The notes under the pieces were generated by a model. The model was not told the origin of the DNA. It was given only the letters and a program-made list of their open reading frames with translations, and searched no databases. From assembly GCA_027031765.1 (NCBI GenBank), contig JALVPN010000143.1, forward strand, positions 1 through 31,686: 31,686 bases of DNA. The letters run 5' to 3'. Below, piece by piece: positions 19,455 to 27,833 of the stretch. How positions within the stretch are numbered: the first letter of the stretch is position 1; each line of letters opens with the position of its first letter. The translations under genes and the position numbers were made by a program. The stretch comes from Promethearchaeota archaeon (lineage in GTDB: Archaea > Asgardarchaeota > Thorarchaeia > Thorarchaeales > Thorarchaeaceae).

Positions 19455-19758
19455 GCCCAGACCAAAGAGCACACGACTGCTCGAGAAGATATTCGCCTCT
19501 CGGGCACAGACTCGGGTCGTACAGCACTTTCTCGACCGGCCGAAGGACTTTTTCAACCTGAGCAGGATAGCGAAAGAAACAGGGCTTGCCCACTCAACCG
19601 TGCACAGGGTCCTCCAGCCACTGGTGGAAATCGGTATCGTCAAGGAGATCAGGGTCGGAAAGCAGATACGGCTCTTCGTGTTGGAGTCGGAACTTGAGAT
19701 GACAAAGATACTGATGGAGTTTTACACAGCCGTCAGGCCATTCTTAGAGAGGCTGTAG
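19432..19758 (+). CDS. Winged helix-turn-helix transcriptional regulator
   Basis: LSRIAKETGLAHSTVHRVLQPLVEIGIV HTH followed by the wing KEIRVGKQIRLFVL. Confidence 0.8.
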   Translation: MTHDSASRPRPKSTRLLEKIFASRAQTRVVQHFLDRPKDFFNLSRIAKETGLAHSTVHRVLQPLVEIGIVKEIRVGKQIRLFVLESELEMTKILMEFYTAVRPFLERL

Positions 19759-19905
19759 TGACTGGCCGCAGCCAGTGGTGTCGGGTGGGCTACTGATGGT
19801 TGACACACCACATGTTTCGCAGTCCGGGGAAACGTAGGTTGCCCGGCAGAGTATTAAGTCTGGATGCGGTGATGAGCTCAATTGTTGTCCCGGAGATGCG
19901 TTCAA

Positions 19906-22900
19906 ATGTCTGAGGAAGTAGAGGAAGTACTGGATGTGGTGCAGCTATCTGAGGAGGAGCTGCAGTCTTACTCACTGGTACTGGCCCTTGGAAACGTGAC
20001 TCTCGGCGACCTGGTCCTGCTACAGGGCTTTAGTGTCGAACAGGCGGAGGAAATCATCTCGAAGCTCGAAGAACGACGTATGGTTGTCAAGCTACCGGGT
20101 ATTGTTACGAGGTACCAGGCGGTGCCGCCGTTCGAGGGACTTGCAGAAGAGATTGGTACCGTTGTCAAGAAGATTGACGAAGTGCGGGAGCAGCTACGCA
20201 AGAGCATCGAGACGTCTGCACGCAGTGTAAGGGACGCCCTCTTGGAGCTGGCCAAGGGACACCATGCAGACCTCAAGCAACAGGGCTCGGCCCTCGATGC
20301 AGCCCGTTCGGAGGCCACAGGGGCAGTGAGTGAGCTGGCTGACAGGGCGAAGAAGGAGTACGGGGATGCACTGATGCATGAGGCTGCTGAGTTGGAAACG
20401 ACCCTCCAGAAGTGGAGCGACGAGGCGGGTACACTGGTGGAGACCGAGATAGGGCAGACCCAAGAGGCCGTGTCGAGCACATGGAGTGACATCAGGGCGC
20501 GAGTGGAGGAGCTGAGGGGCAGTGCCAAGGAGTCTGCTGGACGGGTCCGTGAAGACCTGAGCAGTGCAGTGATGCGGTTCAGGGATGGTGCTGCAGCTGG
20601 GCTCAAGGCCCAAGGGGACAGCGCTAAGGAGGGCATCCAGCGAGAGATTGACACGCTCAAGGCGGCTCTGGAAGAGCAGAGGGCAGCAACAGATACCACG
20701 TTGCAGGAACTCGGCAGCAATGCGGAGAACACCGGGCGGCAACTCGCCAGGGAGGCCACGGGAGCGATGGACACGGCACTCCAAGACATAGAGCAGGCGA
20801 TGAGCAGACTCACGACGGAGGTACAGGAGGGACTAGACAGCGTTGCTGCGGACATTGGGACAGTGATGGAAGAAGCGGGGACACGAGAAACACAGATGCT
20901 CGACGAACACAGGGGTGCAGTGAAGGCGGATGTGGAGGCATTCGTCCAACGCCAGTCCGAGGCTGCGGAGTCGTTCAAGCTGACGACCGGACAGGCGCTG
21001 GATCACCTCGTAGAAGTCAGTAATAGCAGCATCACGTCAATCCGAGAACAGCTAGACAGCGCAGCAGGACACAGTGAAGCGGCCCTGAACAGTGCGATGC
21101 AGTCCATGAAGGACAACTCTGTGGCAGCTGTACAGGGTATGTATGACAGCACTGTCGAGATGACACAGCTGTTCTCCGAAGAAACACGGGGGCTGCTGAA
21201 CACCAAGAAGACCGAACTTGAGAACACTGTCCACCAGATACGGGACTCGTTCATCACGCTCAACGACCGGATGCTGGAGAGCAGCAGGGGACTGCTTGAC
21301 ACGACGAGGACCACAGTGGTCGAACAGATGGCCGCAATCGTGCAGCAGACCAGACAGGAAATGGAGAAGCTCACGAGAGAAACGCAGCAGCAGCTGGCCC
21401 GTCTTGCGGATACGCTGAAACAGTCAATCGACACTACGGTTGCAAGTACAACGCAGGAAATCCATGCCATCAACACGGCGGTCGTGGCCATGCTTGAACA
21501 GCAACACGAGGCCCTTCGGAATGAGTTTGAGGAGAAGGTCAACGACCTCAGCTCAAAGGTGCAGGAGGGACATGACACACTTGCCGGGACAATTGCAGAG
21601 GAGACCGACAGACAGGTCACACTCCATGACGAGGCGATTGGTTCGGTCCTCTCAAAAGTGGACGAGCTGAAGGGACACGTTGACAGGAAGGCAGACAGTG
21701 TACGCCGCGAAACGGTGGGACGTGTCGAGACCGTGCTCTCAGGGACTACAGCAGACACGATCCAGACGATTAAGACGATGAGAGAGGAAACGACGGAGGT
21801 CGTGACCAGCCTAGCGACTGCAATCCAAGATGCTGTTGACAACACTCGGAACAAGGCGGCTGTTGTCGTCGAACAGTTCAAGCGGACAGCTGGCGAGGCT
21901 GGGAGCACGCTCCAAGGCCGTGTGGACGAGCTCGTGCAGACGCTGACTGAGAAGACCAAGGCAGACCGGGACAGGGTCCAGGAGGATGTCAACCGGGTCT
22001 TGCATGGTGCATCGGAACACATGGGCAAGGCCGTACCCGATGTGGTAGCACGCCTGCGTACTGAGGGCTCCTCGGTCCAGGAGAGGGTCGGGGGAGCACT
22101 GAGTGGTGCAGGGGAGCAGGCCAGAATGGCCATTGCAGGTGCTGCACAGGGCACGGCAGAGGCCATAGACGGAGCCATACAGGGACTCGATGAAACACGT
22201 GGCACCATCAGCAGCAACATTGCCACAGCCCTGGAACAGGTCGGGTCAAGACTCGCAGACCACTGTGACTCCATGGTAAAGAGCATCGACTCTGCAGTGT
22301 CGGTGTTCCAGGACAAGGTCGAGGCGGACACGGGACAGAGCACGACACAGATGGAGGCTGCCGTAAAGACTGCAACGACACGCCTCGAAAAGGTCAAGAC
22401 CGACCTGAAGGGTGCCGTGACGACGGCTGGCAGCGAGTGCAAGGAGATAGTTACAAGGATCAGTACAGCCACCTCCAAGAAGGTCCTGGGCGCACTGGAG
22501 AAGTTCGCGAATGATGCACGAGGACGCATTGGCAGTACATATGACTCCATCAGGCAGACTCTCGACTCGTTGACCAGCAGTCTGGAAGAGCACATCAGCG
22601 ACCTTGAGGGCACCCCGATGCTCGGTGTCACCGAGGAGACTGTCAAGACGGCCCTCAAGGAGACCGAGGTGGGCGAGCTGGCGGGCATGGATGTAGCAAC
22701 AGTCCTCTCGAAAGTGTGGGACAGACTTGCGGCCACCGACTTCCCCGGCGCAAAGCACACATGGACTGTCGTCACGCGCAAGGCCGTACTGTCACACATC
22801 GAGGACATGGTCAGACGTGCCAAGTCCAAGGTCACACTGATAGTCCCAGACCCGCGGGACGTGCCCACACAGACGCTTGCTGAGTTGAAGTCGAGCATCG

Positions 22901-23175
22901 GCGTGGAGCTCGTAGTCACCGAGGGCGGCAACCTTGAGACAGCCGTGAAGCCACTGGTAGGCCGGGGCAACATCAGGGTGAGGGTCAGGGCCGAGAAGGA
23001 TGTGTATGCCTGCGTACGTGACAGCGAGGAAGTACTGCTCGCGCCGGCTGCGACCAGGGACTCTGATGTCATCGGGATGACCTCGGAGTATGAGGGGATG
23101 GTGCGCTTTGTCATGGGCATAGTGGGGCCCATATTCCAGGCCAGGACGAGGATGCTACGGCCCGGGGACATCTGA
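19906..23175 (+). CDS. TrmB-family protein: N-terminal wHTH, ~820-aa hendecad helical rod, C-terminal TrmB effector-binding-like domain (1089 aa)
   Basis: N-terminus LSEEELQSYSLVLALG...RYQAVPP and C-terminus WTVVTRKAVLSHIEDMVRRAK...RDSEEVLLA. The centre has 11-residue hydrophobic periodicity. TATTAAG lies at 19852. Confidence 0.8.
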   Translation: MSEEVEEVLDVVQLSEEELQSYSLVLALGNVTLGDLVLLQGFSVEQAEEIISKLEERRMVVKLPGIVTRYQAVPPFEGLAEEIGTVVKKIDEVREQLRKSIETSARSVRDALLELAKGHHADLKQQGSALDAARSEATGAVSELADRAKKEYGDALMHEAAELETTLQKWSDEAGTLVETEIGQTQEAVSSTWSDIRARVEELRGSAKESAGRVREDLSSAVMRFRDGAAAGLKAQGDSAKEGIQREIDTLKAALEEQRAATDTTLQELGSNAENTGRQLAREATGAMDTALQDIEQAMSRLTTEVQEGLDSVAADIGTVMEEAGTRETQMLDEHRGAVKADVEAFVQRQSEAAESFKLTTGQALDHLVEVSNSSITSIREQLDSAAGHSEAALNSAMQSMKDNSVAAVQGMYDSTVEMTQLFSEETRGLLNTKKTELENTVHQIRDSFITLNDRMLESSRGLLDTTRTTVVEQMAAIVQQTRQEMEKLTRETQQQLARLADTLKQSIDTTVASTTQEIHAINTAVVAMLEQQHEALRNEFEEKVNDLSSKVQEGHDTLAGTIAEETDRQVTLHDEAIGSVLSKVDELKGHVDRKADSVRRETVGRVETVLSGTTADTIQTIKTMREETTEVVTSLATAIQDAVDNTRNKAAVVVEQFKRTAGEAGSTLQGRVDELVQTLTEKTKADRDRVQEDVNRVLHGASEHMGKAVPDVVARLRTEGSSVQERVGGALSGAGEQARMAIAGAAQGTAEAIDGAIQGLDETRGTISSNIATALEQVGSRLADHCDSMVKSIDSAVSVFQDKVEADTGQSTTQMEAAVKTATTRLEKVKTDLKGAVTTAGSECKEIVTRISTATSKKVLGALEKFANDARGRIGSTYDSIRQTLDSLTSSLEEHISDLEGTPMLGVTEETVKTALKETEVGELAGMDVATVLSKVWDRLAATDFPGAKHTWTVVTRKAVLSHIEDMVRRAKSKVTLIVPDPRDVPTQTLAELKSSIGVELVVTEGGNLETAVKPLVGRGNIRVRVRAEKDVYACVRDSEEVLLAPAATRDSDVIGMTSEYEGMVRFVMGIVGPIFQARTRMLRPGDI

Positions 23176-23207
23176 AATGGCGGCCCGGGCAGGATTAGCG
23201 GGACATA

Positions 23208-23220
23208 GAAACCCCTATAT
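23208..23220 (+). promoter_or_regulatory. BRE/TATA for tRNA-Leu
   Basis: GAAACCCCTATAT about 30 nt upstream of the tRNA 5' end. Confidence 0.5.
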
Positions 23221-23247
23221 GTCATGGGCATGACGGAAACGGTGGAT

Positions 23248-23356
23248 GCCGAGGTAGCCAAGCGGTCAACGGCGGCGGACTCAAGATCCAAAGAGGACTC
23301 CATGAGACATCCGCTCTCGTAGGAGTTCGGGAGTTCAAATCTCCCCCTCGGCACCA
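23248..23356 (+). tRNA. tRNA-Leu (CAA) with a 23-nt intron (23286-23308) at 37/38, CCA encoded
   Basis: Acceptor GCCGAGG/CCTCGGC, anticodon stem GCGGA/TCCGC, long variable arm CTC-GTAG-GAG and T arm GGGAG/CTCCC. BHB helix CTCA/TGAG has 3-nt bulges. Confidence 0.93.
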
Positions 23357-23408
23357 CCCACTTGTTGGAGGCGGGGACAATGGTGAGAAAGAAGAGGAGA
23401 CTAGATGC

Positions 23409-23439
23409 AAGAAAAGGACGGGAGGTAGGGAGCGACCTC
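23409..23439 (-). terminator. Hairpin plus pyrimidine tract ending a minus-strand transcript
   Basis: On the - strand, GAGGT-cgctccct-ACCTC is followed by CCGTCCTTTTCTT. Confidence 0.35.
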
Positions 23440-23562
23440 ACATCCCCACCCCAAAACAAGCGGCGAGACGGGCAGCATGACCACCCTGTGCTTGTGACCG
23501 GGGCTCCGACTGACTGGGCTCGGCTCAAGGATGGTATTACCCTGCGCCAGTACAAGGCTGCC

Positions 23563-23658
23563 TCACCTGCCAAAGTATGCAGGTGCAATCGCATCGATGA
23601 CAATCCTGCGGGACCGGGTCTTCCGCTTGTCACGACGAGCGTTCTTCATCAGTGCCAT
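23563..23658 (-). CDS. Candidate 31-aa basic small protein MALMKNARRDKRKTRSRRIVIDAIAPAYFGR
   Basis: Below the ORF-track cutoff. Strong AGGTGA Shine-Dalgarno 7 nt upstream, TATA palindrome at 23811-23822, and location in an otherwise empty 540-bp gap. Confidence 0.45.
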   Translation of the reverse strand: MALMKNARRDKRKTRSRRIVIDAIAPAYFGR

Positions 23659-23896
23659 GTCTTCTTCACCTTTCGAACAGTTTCTGTGGACAGGCCCGCA
23701 CAGGCCGGAGTGCGACACCGCGGTCCACAGGGGCCTCATTTCGGTCTGCGACCGCGGTCAGCAGTTCATTGCCAGACGACATCTGTCTACAGGGGGAGTG
23801 CTCAGACTGGCACTATATAGTGGAACCACAGTGTGGGGTCGCAGGACAGAAACACGACATGGAGTCACAAGTTGTGACTACCATGACACTCACACC

Positions 23897-25609
23897 TCAC
23901 TTGTGCAGCACACGGAGGAGCTCGTCCAGTGGAAGGGTGTTGAGTACATCACCACACGTGAGCCAGCCGCGCCGGGCCTGGAAGACGCCGAACCGCATGT
24001 TGTCGAGCTCGGATGTGCGGTGTGCATCTGTGTTGACGGCGATGCGGAGGCCGGCCCTCACCGCCGCACGCAGATTGCCAGCGTTAAGGTCGAGGCGACG
24101 CGGGAGAGCATTGAGTTCCATGGCCACGTTGTTCTCACGTGCGGTCTCGAACACTGCATCGAGGTCGACATCATAGGCTGGCCGTCGCAGCAGGAGCCGA
24201 CCTGTGGGATGTCCGAGCACATCCACATGTCTGTTCTGGAGGGCACTGCATATCCGTCCGGTCATTGTTTCCCGGTCGTCCTTCAGGCGCGAGTGGACAG
24301 AGGCTATCACGACATCAAGCTGTGCAAGGACATCGTCTGAGAGGTCGAGCTCCCCATTGGGCAGGATGTCCACTTCAATGCCGGTCAGGATGCGGACGCG
24401 CCACCTGCCAGAACTGTTGATCTCACGGATGGCGTCCACCTGTTGGAGGAGGCGCTCTTCGTCGAGGCCATTTGCAATCGAGAGGCTCTTGGAATGGTCA
24501 GAAATACACAGGTACTCATAACCACGGGCATCAGCCGCGGCAACCATTGCCTCCAGCGAGTCCACACCATCAGAAGCATCGGTGTGACTGTGGAGGTCGC
24601 CACGGATATCATCAGTTGTGACGAGAGGGGGGAGAGAGCCCTTCAGGGCCGCTTCCACCTCACCCTGGTCCTCTCGCAGTTCGGGCGGGATGAGTGGCAT
24701 GCCCAGCGCCTCATAGACTCCCGACTCCTCAGCACCGGCCAGTCGCTCCCCGTTCCGGAACAGGCCGTACTCGTTGAGGCGCAGCCCACGCCTCTTAGCA
24801 ATGTCGCGGAGGCGGATATTGTGACTGCGACTCCCGGTGAAGTACTGAGTGCCAGCCCCAAAGCTCTCGCTAGGGATGAACCGTACGTCCACCTGCATAC
24901 CATTGGTGAGCCGGACAGATGTCTTTGTAGGGCCACGTGCAATCACCGCCTCAATGTCATCACGGGCCACAAGTGCTGCGGAGACCTGTCCCGGCTCCTC
25001 CGCATCGACAATGATGTCGATGTCACGTACGGTCTCGCGCCGACGGCGGATGGAGCCGGCAAGGGTCACCTGGCGGACTCCGGGTATTGAGGCCAGCCAG
25101 TCACGCAGGGGCTCCGCGGTAGCGAGTGCGTCCGACAGCAGCACCCGCTCCATGCCTGCACGGACAAGTGAAATCCCCTCAATGATTGCCTGCTCGGTCT
25201 TCTTACCAAGGCCATGCAGTGCTGCAAGCTTGCCCGAACGGGCAGCCCGTTCCAATGACTCGAGGTCAGTGACTCCAAGTTCCTTGTATACCAGCCGTAT
25301 GGTCTTGGGACCGACACCAGGGATTGCTTCCAGTTCCATGACCTTCACAGGAATGCGTGCACGGAGCCGGTCTAGCAACTCTATGTGACCGGTCTCAAGA
25401 TAGGCCTTAATCTTCTCCGCAATCGACTTGCCAATGCCCGGGATTTCTGTGAGGGCATCCCTTGCCGCAATCGACTCGACGTCTTCTCCGAGGCCCTCGA
25501 TGGCGCGGGCAGCACGGCGGTATGCCTGGGGCTTGAACCTGTCCTTGCCCTCAATGTCGAGGAGTGTCGCAATCTCCCTGAACGCGGCTGCGACCTCGTG
25601 GTTCTTCAA
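23897..25609 (-). CDS. polX: Family X DNA polymerase with PHP (3'-5' exonuclease) domain, 570 aa
   Basis: AYRRAA, HhH IPGIG/IPGVG, GSIRRRRETVRDIDI, QVDVR, YFTGS and PHP motifs DLHSHT, SDHS, GHPTGR, NTDAH. TTG 25609 overlaps the upstream TGA and follows GGGAGG. Confidence 0.93.
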   Translation of the reverse strand: MKNHEVAAAFREIATLLDIEGKDRFKPQAYRRAARAIEGLGEDVESIAARDALTEIPGIGKSIAEKIKAYLETGHIELLDRLRARIPVKVMELEAIPGVGPKTIRLVYKELGVTDLESLERAARSGKLAALHGLGKKTEQAIIEGISLVRAGMERVLLSDALATAEPLRDWLASIPGVRQVTLAGSIRRRRETVRDIDIIVDAEEPGQVSAALVARDDIEAVIARGPTKTSVRLTNGMQVDVRFIPSESFGAGTQYFTGSRSHNIRLRDIAKRRGLRLNEYGLFRNGERLAGAEESGVYEALGMPLIPPELREDQGEVEAALKGSLPPLVTTDDIRGDLHSHTDASDGVDSLEAMVAAADARGYEYLCISDHSKSLSIANGLDEERLLQQVDAIREINSSGRWRVRILTGIEVDILPNGELDLSDDVLAQLDVVIASVHSRLKDDRETMTGRICSALQNRHVDVLGHPTGRLLLRRPAYDVDLDAVFETARENNVAMELNALPRRLDLNAGNLRAAVRAGLRIAVNTDAHRTSELDNMRFGVFQARRGWLTCGDVLNTLPLDELLRVLHK

Positions 25610-26634
25610 GCGTATGCCTCCCACTCTCTGTCCCAAGGTGAGATGCTGTGCACCGCCTCCACTGCAGCCCTGATGTTGTCCATAGGGGTGTCAGTGGTAA
25701 TGACACAGCCGGGCCCAACAATCAGGCGACGCAGGCCTGCCATACGGACTGCCTCCAGCACCTGCTCCCTGACAGCATCAGGGTCACCAGTCCGCAGTGT
25801 GCCGGAGTGGTCAATCCCACCGAGAACCGCTTTCCGTGAGATGCGCTTTCCGTCTTTGAGCGATGGCGTCGTGTCATGGGCCTCCCAGTTCAGGACATCA
25901 ATACCGGGTGTGTGTGCAATCCTGTTGAACCTGACCTCGTCCCCCGGTGCATTTGCATGCAGGTGCATCACGATGAAGTCTGCTTTCCCGCGCAGGGCGG
26001 ACACAAGCTTCAGGTCGTGGGGGAGTACGAACCGGTCGTACTGTTCGTCCGACACGGAGGACATGGTCGAGTGCTGTGAGGCAATGAACAGCCCATCAGC
26101 GCCAGCCTCAAGGACTGCCCGTGCAAAGTCAATCATCACGCTGTTAATCATCATGAGAACCGAGCCCATGACATCAGGACACTGGTCGAGGTGTTCTGTG
26201 AGTGGCACATCGCAGAGCTTGTCTGCCACCATTGGAGCATCAAAGATTGTGGCCATCACCGGTATGTGACCTTCTGCGTACTCGTGTACAAGGCGCACTG
26301 CATCGACCTGCCGTCCAAACTCTCCAGCGCTGACATCAATGGGCTCAAGCACTTCCCAGTCATGCGCACACTGGACGGCACAGGTCTTGCACTTGGTGGA
26401 ACCCGTTATCGAACCGTCATAGTAAACTGTACAGCCCCAGTCAACAACAGGGTACCTCCCGTGGAACGACACCTTGATGAGGTCATGACCTAGCAGTCGG
26501 TGGAAAGCGGTCTCAGCGGCGGCCAGACCATGGGGCGTGCGGTCCTTCTCGGGGTGGTGCCGCCAGACCGAGACCGGCACGGTCTCTTCGAGGTTGCCGA
26601 GGAGGACTGACCGGAGCAGTTCGAAGTGCGACAT
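25606..26634 (-). CDS. Uroporphyrinogen decarboxylase (URO-D/MtaA) superfamily protein, 342 aa
   Basis: PVSVWRH, GADGLFIASQ, VMHLH, VLGGIDH and IVGPGCVI TIM-barrel motifs. The substrate cannot be assigned. Confidence 0.8.
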   Translation of the reverse strand: MSHFELLRSVLLGNLEETVPVSVWRHHPEKDRTPHGLAAAETAFHRLLGHDLIKVSFHGRYPVVDWGCTVYYDGSITGSTKCKTCAVQCAHDWEVLEPIDVSAGEFGRQVDAVRLVHEYAEGHIPVMATIFDAPMVADKLCDVPLTEHLDQCPDVMGSVLMMINSVMIDFARAVLEAGADGLFIASQHSTMSSVSDEQYDRFVLPHDLKLVSALRGKADFIVMHLHANAPGDEVRFNRIAHTPGIDVLNWEAHDTTPSLKDGKRISRKAVLGGIDHSGTLRTGDPDAVREQVLEAVRMAGLRRLIVGPGCVITTDTPMDNIRAAVEAVHSISPWDREWEAYA

Positions 26635-26863
26635 GGTGGGTACAGAGGGCGCTCGCGGATAATGAGGGTTTCGACGTGACCGCAGGGAGTGGAGTATCTC
26701 AAGTACGACCAGCTGCACGACTGGGGGAACACATGTCATACTACAGGCCACATGATGACAGGTGCACCACAACCACAACTGTGAGTATTCGGTCATGGAC
26801 ACCGCGGAACCCTTTTATCGGCAGGAGAGGAAGGTACAGTCAGTACTGGGAGGCGCGCCAAAG

Positions 26864-27088
26864 ATGGTTGCCATTACGATGCTGATTCGTGTGAGGCCAG
26901 GCAGTGTCTGGGAGGCATGCGACGCTATCAAGAAGATAGAGGGGGTACAGAGGGCTCAGGTCGTGACGGGACCGTATGACATAGTCGTGTATGCCGAGCT
27001 CGACTCGACAGAGGAGCTGCGGAGGATAACGGAGGCGGTGCATGCGGTCGAAGGTATAGCACGTACTGAGACCTGCGTCGCGATCTAG
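26864..27088 (+). CDS. Stand-alone Lrp/AsnC ligand-binding (RAM) domain protein, 74 aa
   Basis: IEGVQRAQVVTGPYDIVVYAE...VEGIARTETCV, with no HTH. GGAACCCTTTTAT promoter-like motif at 26806-26818. Confidence 0.85.
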   Translation: MVAITMLIRVRPGSVWEACDAIKKIEGVQRAQVVTGPYDIVVYAELDSTEELRRITEAVHAVEGIARTETCVAI

Positions 27089-27220
27089 AACAGTATGTAC
27101 GCGGGCCGGATTTGCCCGCCCCATCTGCGGCGACCCGAGAAGACGGTGGAAGAGGAGAAGGATGACCAGAGGGCCACGCCGACTGCGTGCAGGTACGGTC
27201 TCTTGAGGTGGTATTACAAG

Positions 27221-27736
27221 GTGCCATTCACACGCCCTACCACCTCGGCCCAGCACGATCCATCGCCATGTTGCTGTCCCCCCATGTGGACATTGCAGCA
27301 GTGATGCTCGCAAGTGTAGTTGTGGATGTCGAGCCGCTACGGACAATCATGTCGGGCTTCAGCGCACCCCTCCACGGACCACTTCATACGTATCTTGGGG
27401 CGACTCTGATGACGCTCGTGTGCACACTGCGCATCATTGCAAGCGGGCCGGTGCCAACACCACTCATGGAGCTGTTCAGTATGCGGCAGTGTACATCTCG
27501 AAGGCGGACGTTCGTCTTGTCCCTGCTGGGCAGTTACTCGCATGTGTTCCTCGACTCGTTCCCCTACCCAGACACGATGCCATTCTATACACGGCTGTCG
27601 GACCCGATGCTGGGGCCCTTGACTGTCCCCGTCGTGTGAAACATGCATACTGACAGGGATGACCGGGGCTCTCATCTACGTCCTGCGTCTGGGCCTCTCG
27701 CACGGACACATGCTCGGAGAAGAGGAGCGGCAGTAG
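27221..27736 (+). pseudogene. Membrane metal-dependent hydrolase-like (YdjM/DUF4184-like) gene broken by two frameshifts
   Basis: GAGGTG RBS + GTG 27221. Removing a CA duplication near 27229 restores MPFTPYHLGP. The body has VDVEP, LHGPLHT and SHVFLDS. The family-like tail ETCILTGMTGALIYVL continues in another frame after 27637. Confidence 0.65.
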
Positions 27737-27833
27737 AAAGACGGGACAAAAGCAGCCGAACAGTTGCATGCCCCCATGACATCGGCCATGATCCGATAGG
27801 CCCGGTTCGACAGACGAGAGGTGAACAGTCTAT

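Noticed and set aside
13001-23356. tRNAs as integration sites for an island or provirus
   Set aside because: No integrase, no duplicated tRNA 3' end (att site), and housekeeping genes (valS, pyrH) lie between them.
21003-23633. 876-aa minus-strand ORF and many other long overlapping ORFs (e.g. 93-701, 8086-8802, 19968-20978, 23531-24340)
   Set aside because: Antisense or alternate-frame shadows of well-supported genes in a GC-rich genome. They show no recognisable motifs, and this one runs through a tRNA.
23600-23700. CTGATGA and GAAA (hammerhead-like) and CACAGAAAC/GGTGAA (RNase P-like) motifs on the - strand
   Set aside because: Hammerhead stems I and III cannot form with the correct spacing. 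The RNase P GAGGAAAGUCC and 3' conserved regions are absent, and no SRP helix-8 motif was found.
26752-26800. ATGATGA box C-like motif suggesting a C/D sRNA
   Set aside because: No box D (CTGA) at a suitable distance and no terminal stem.
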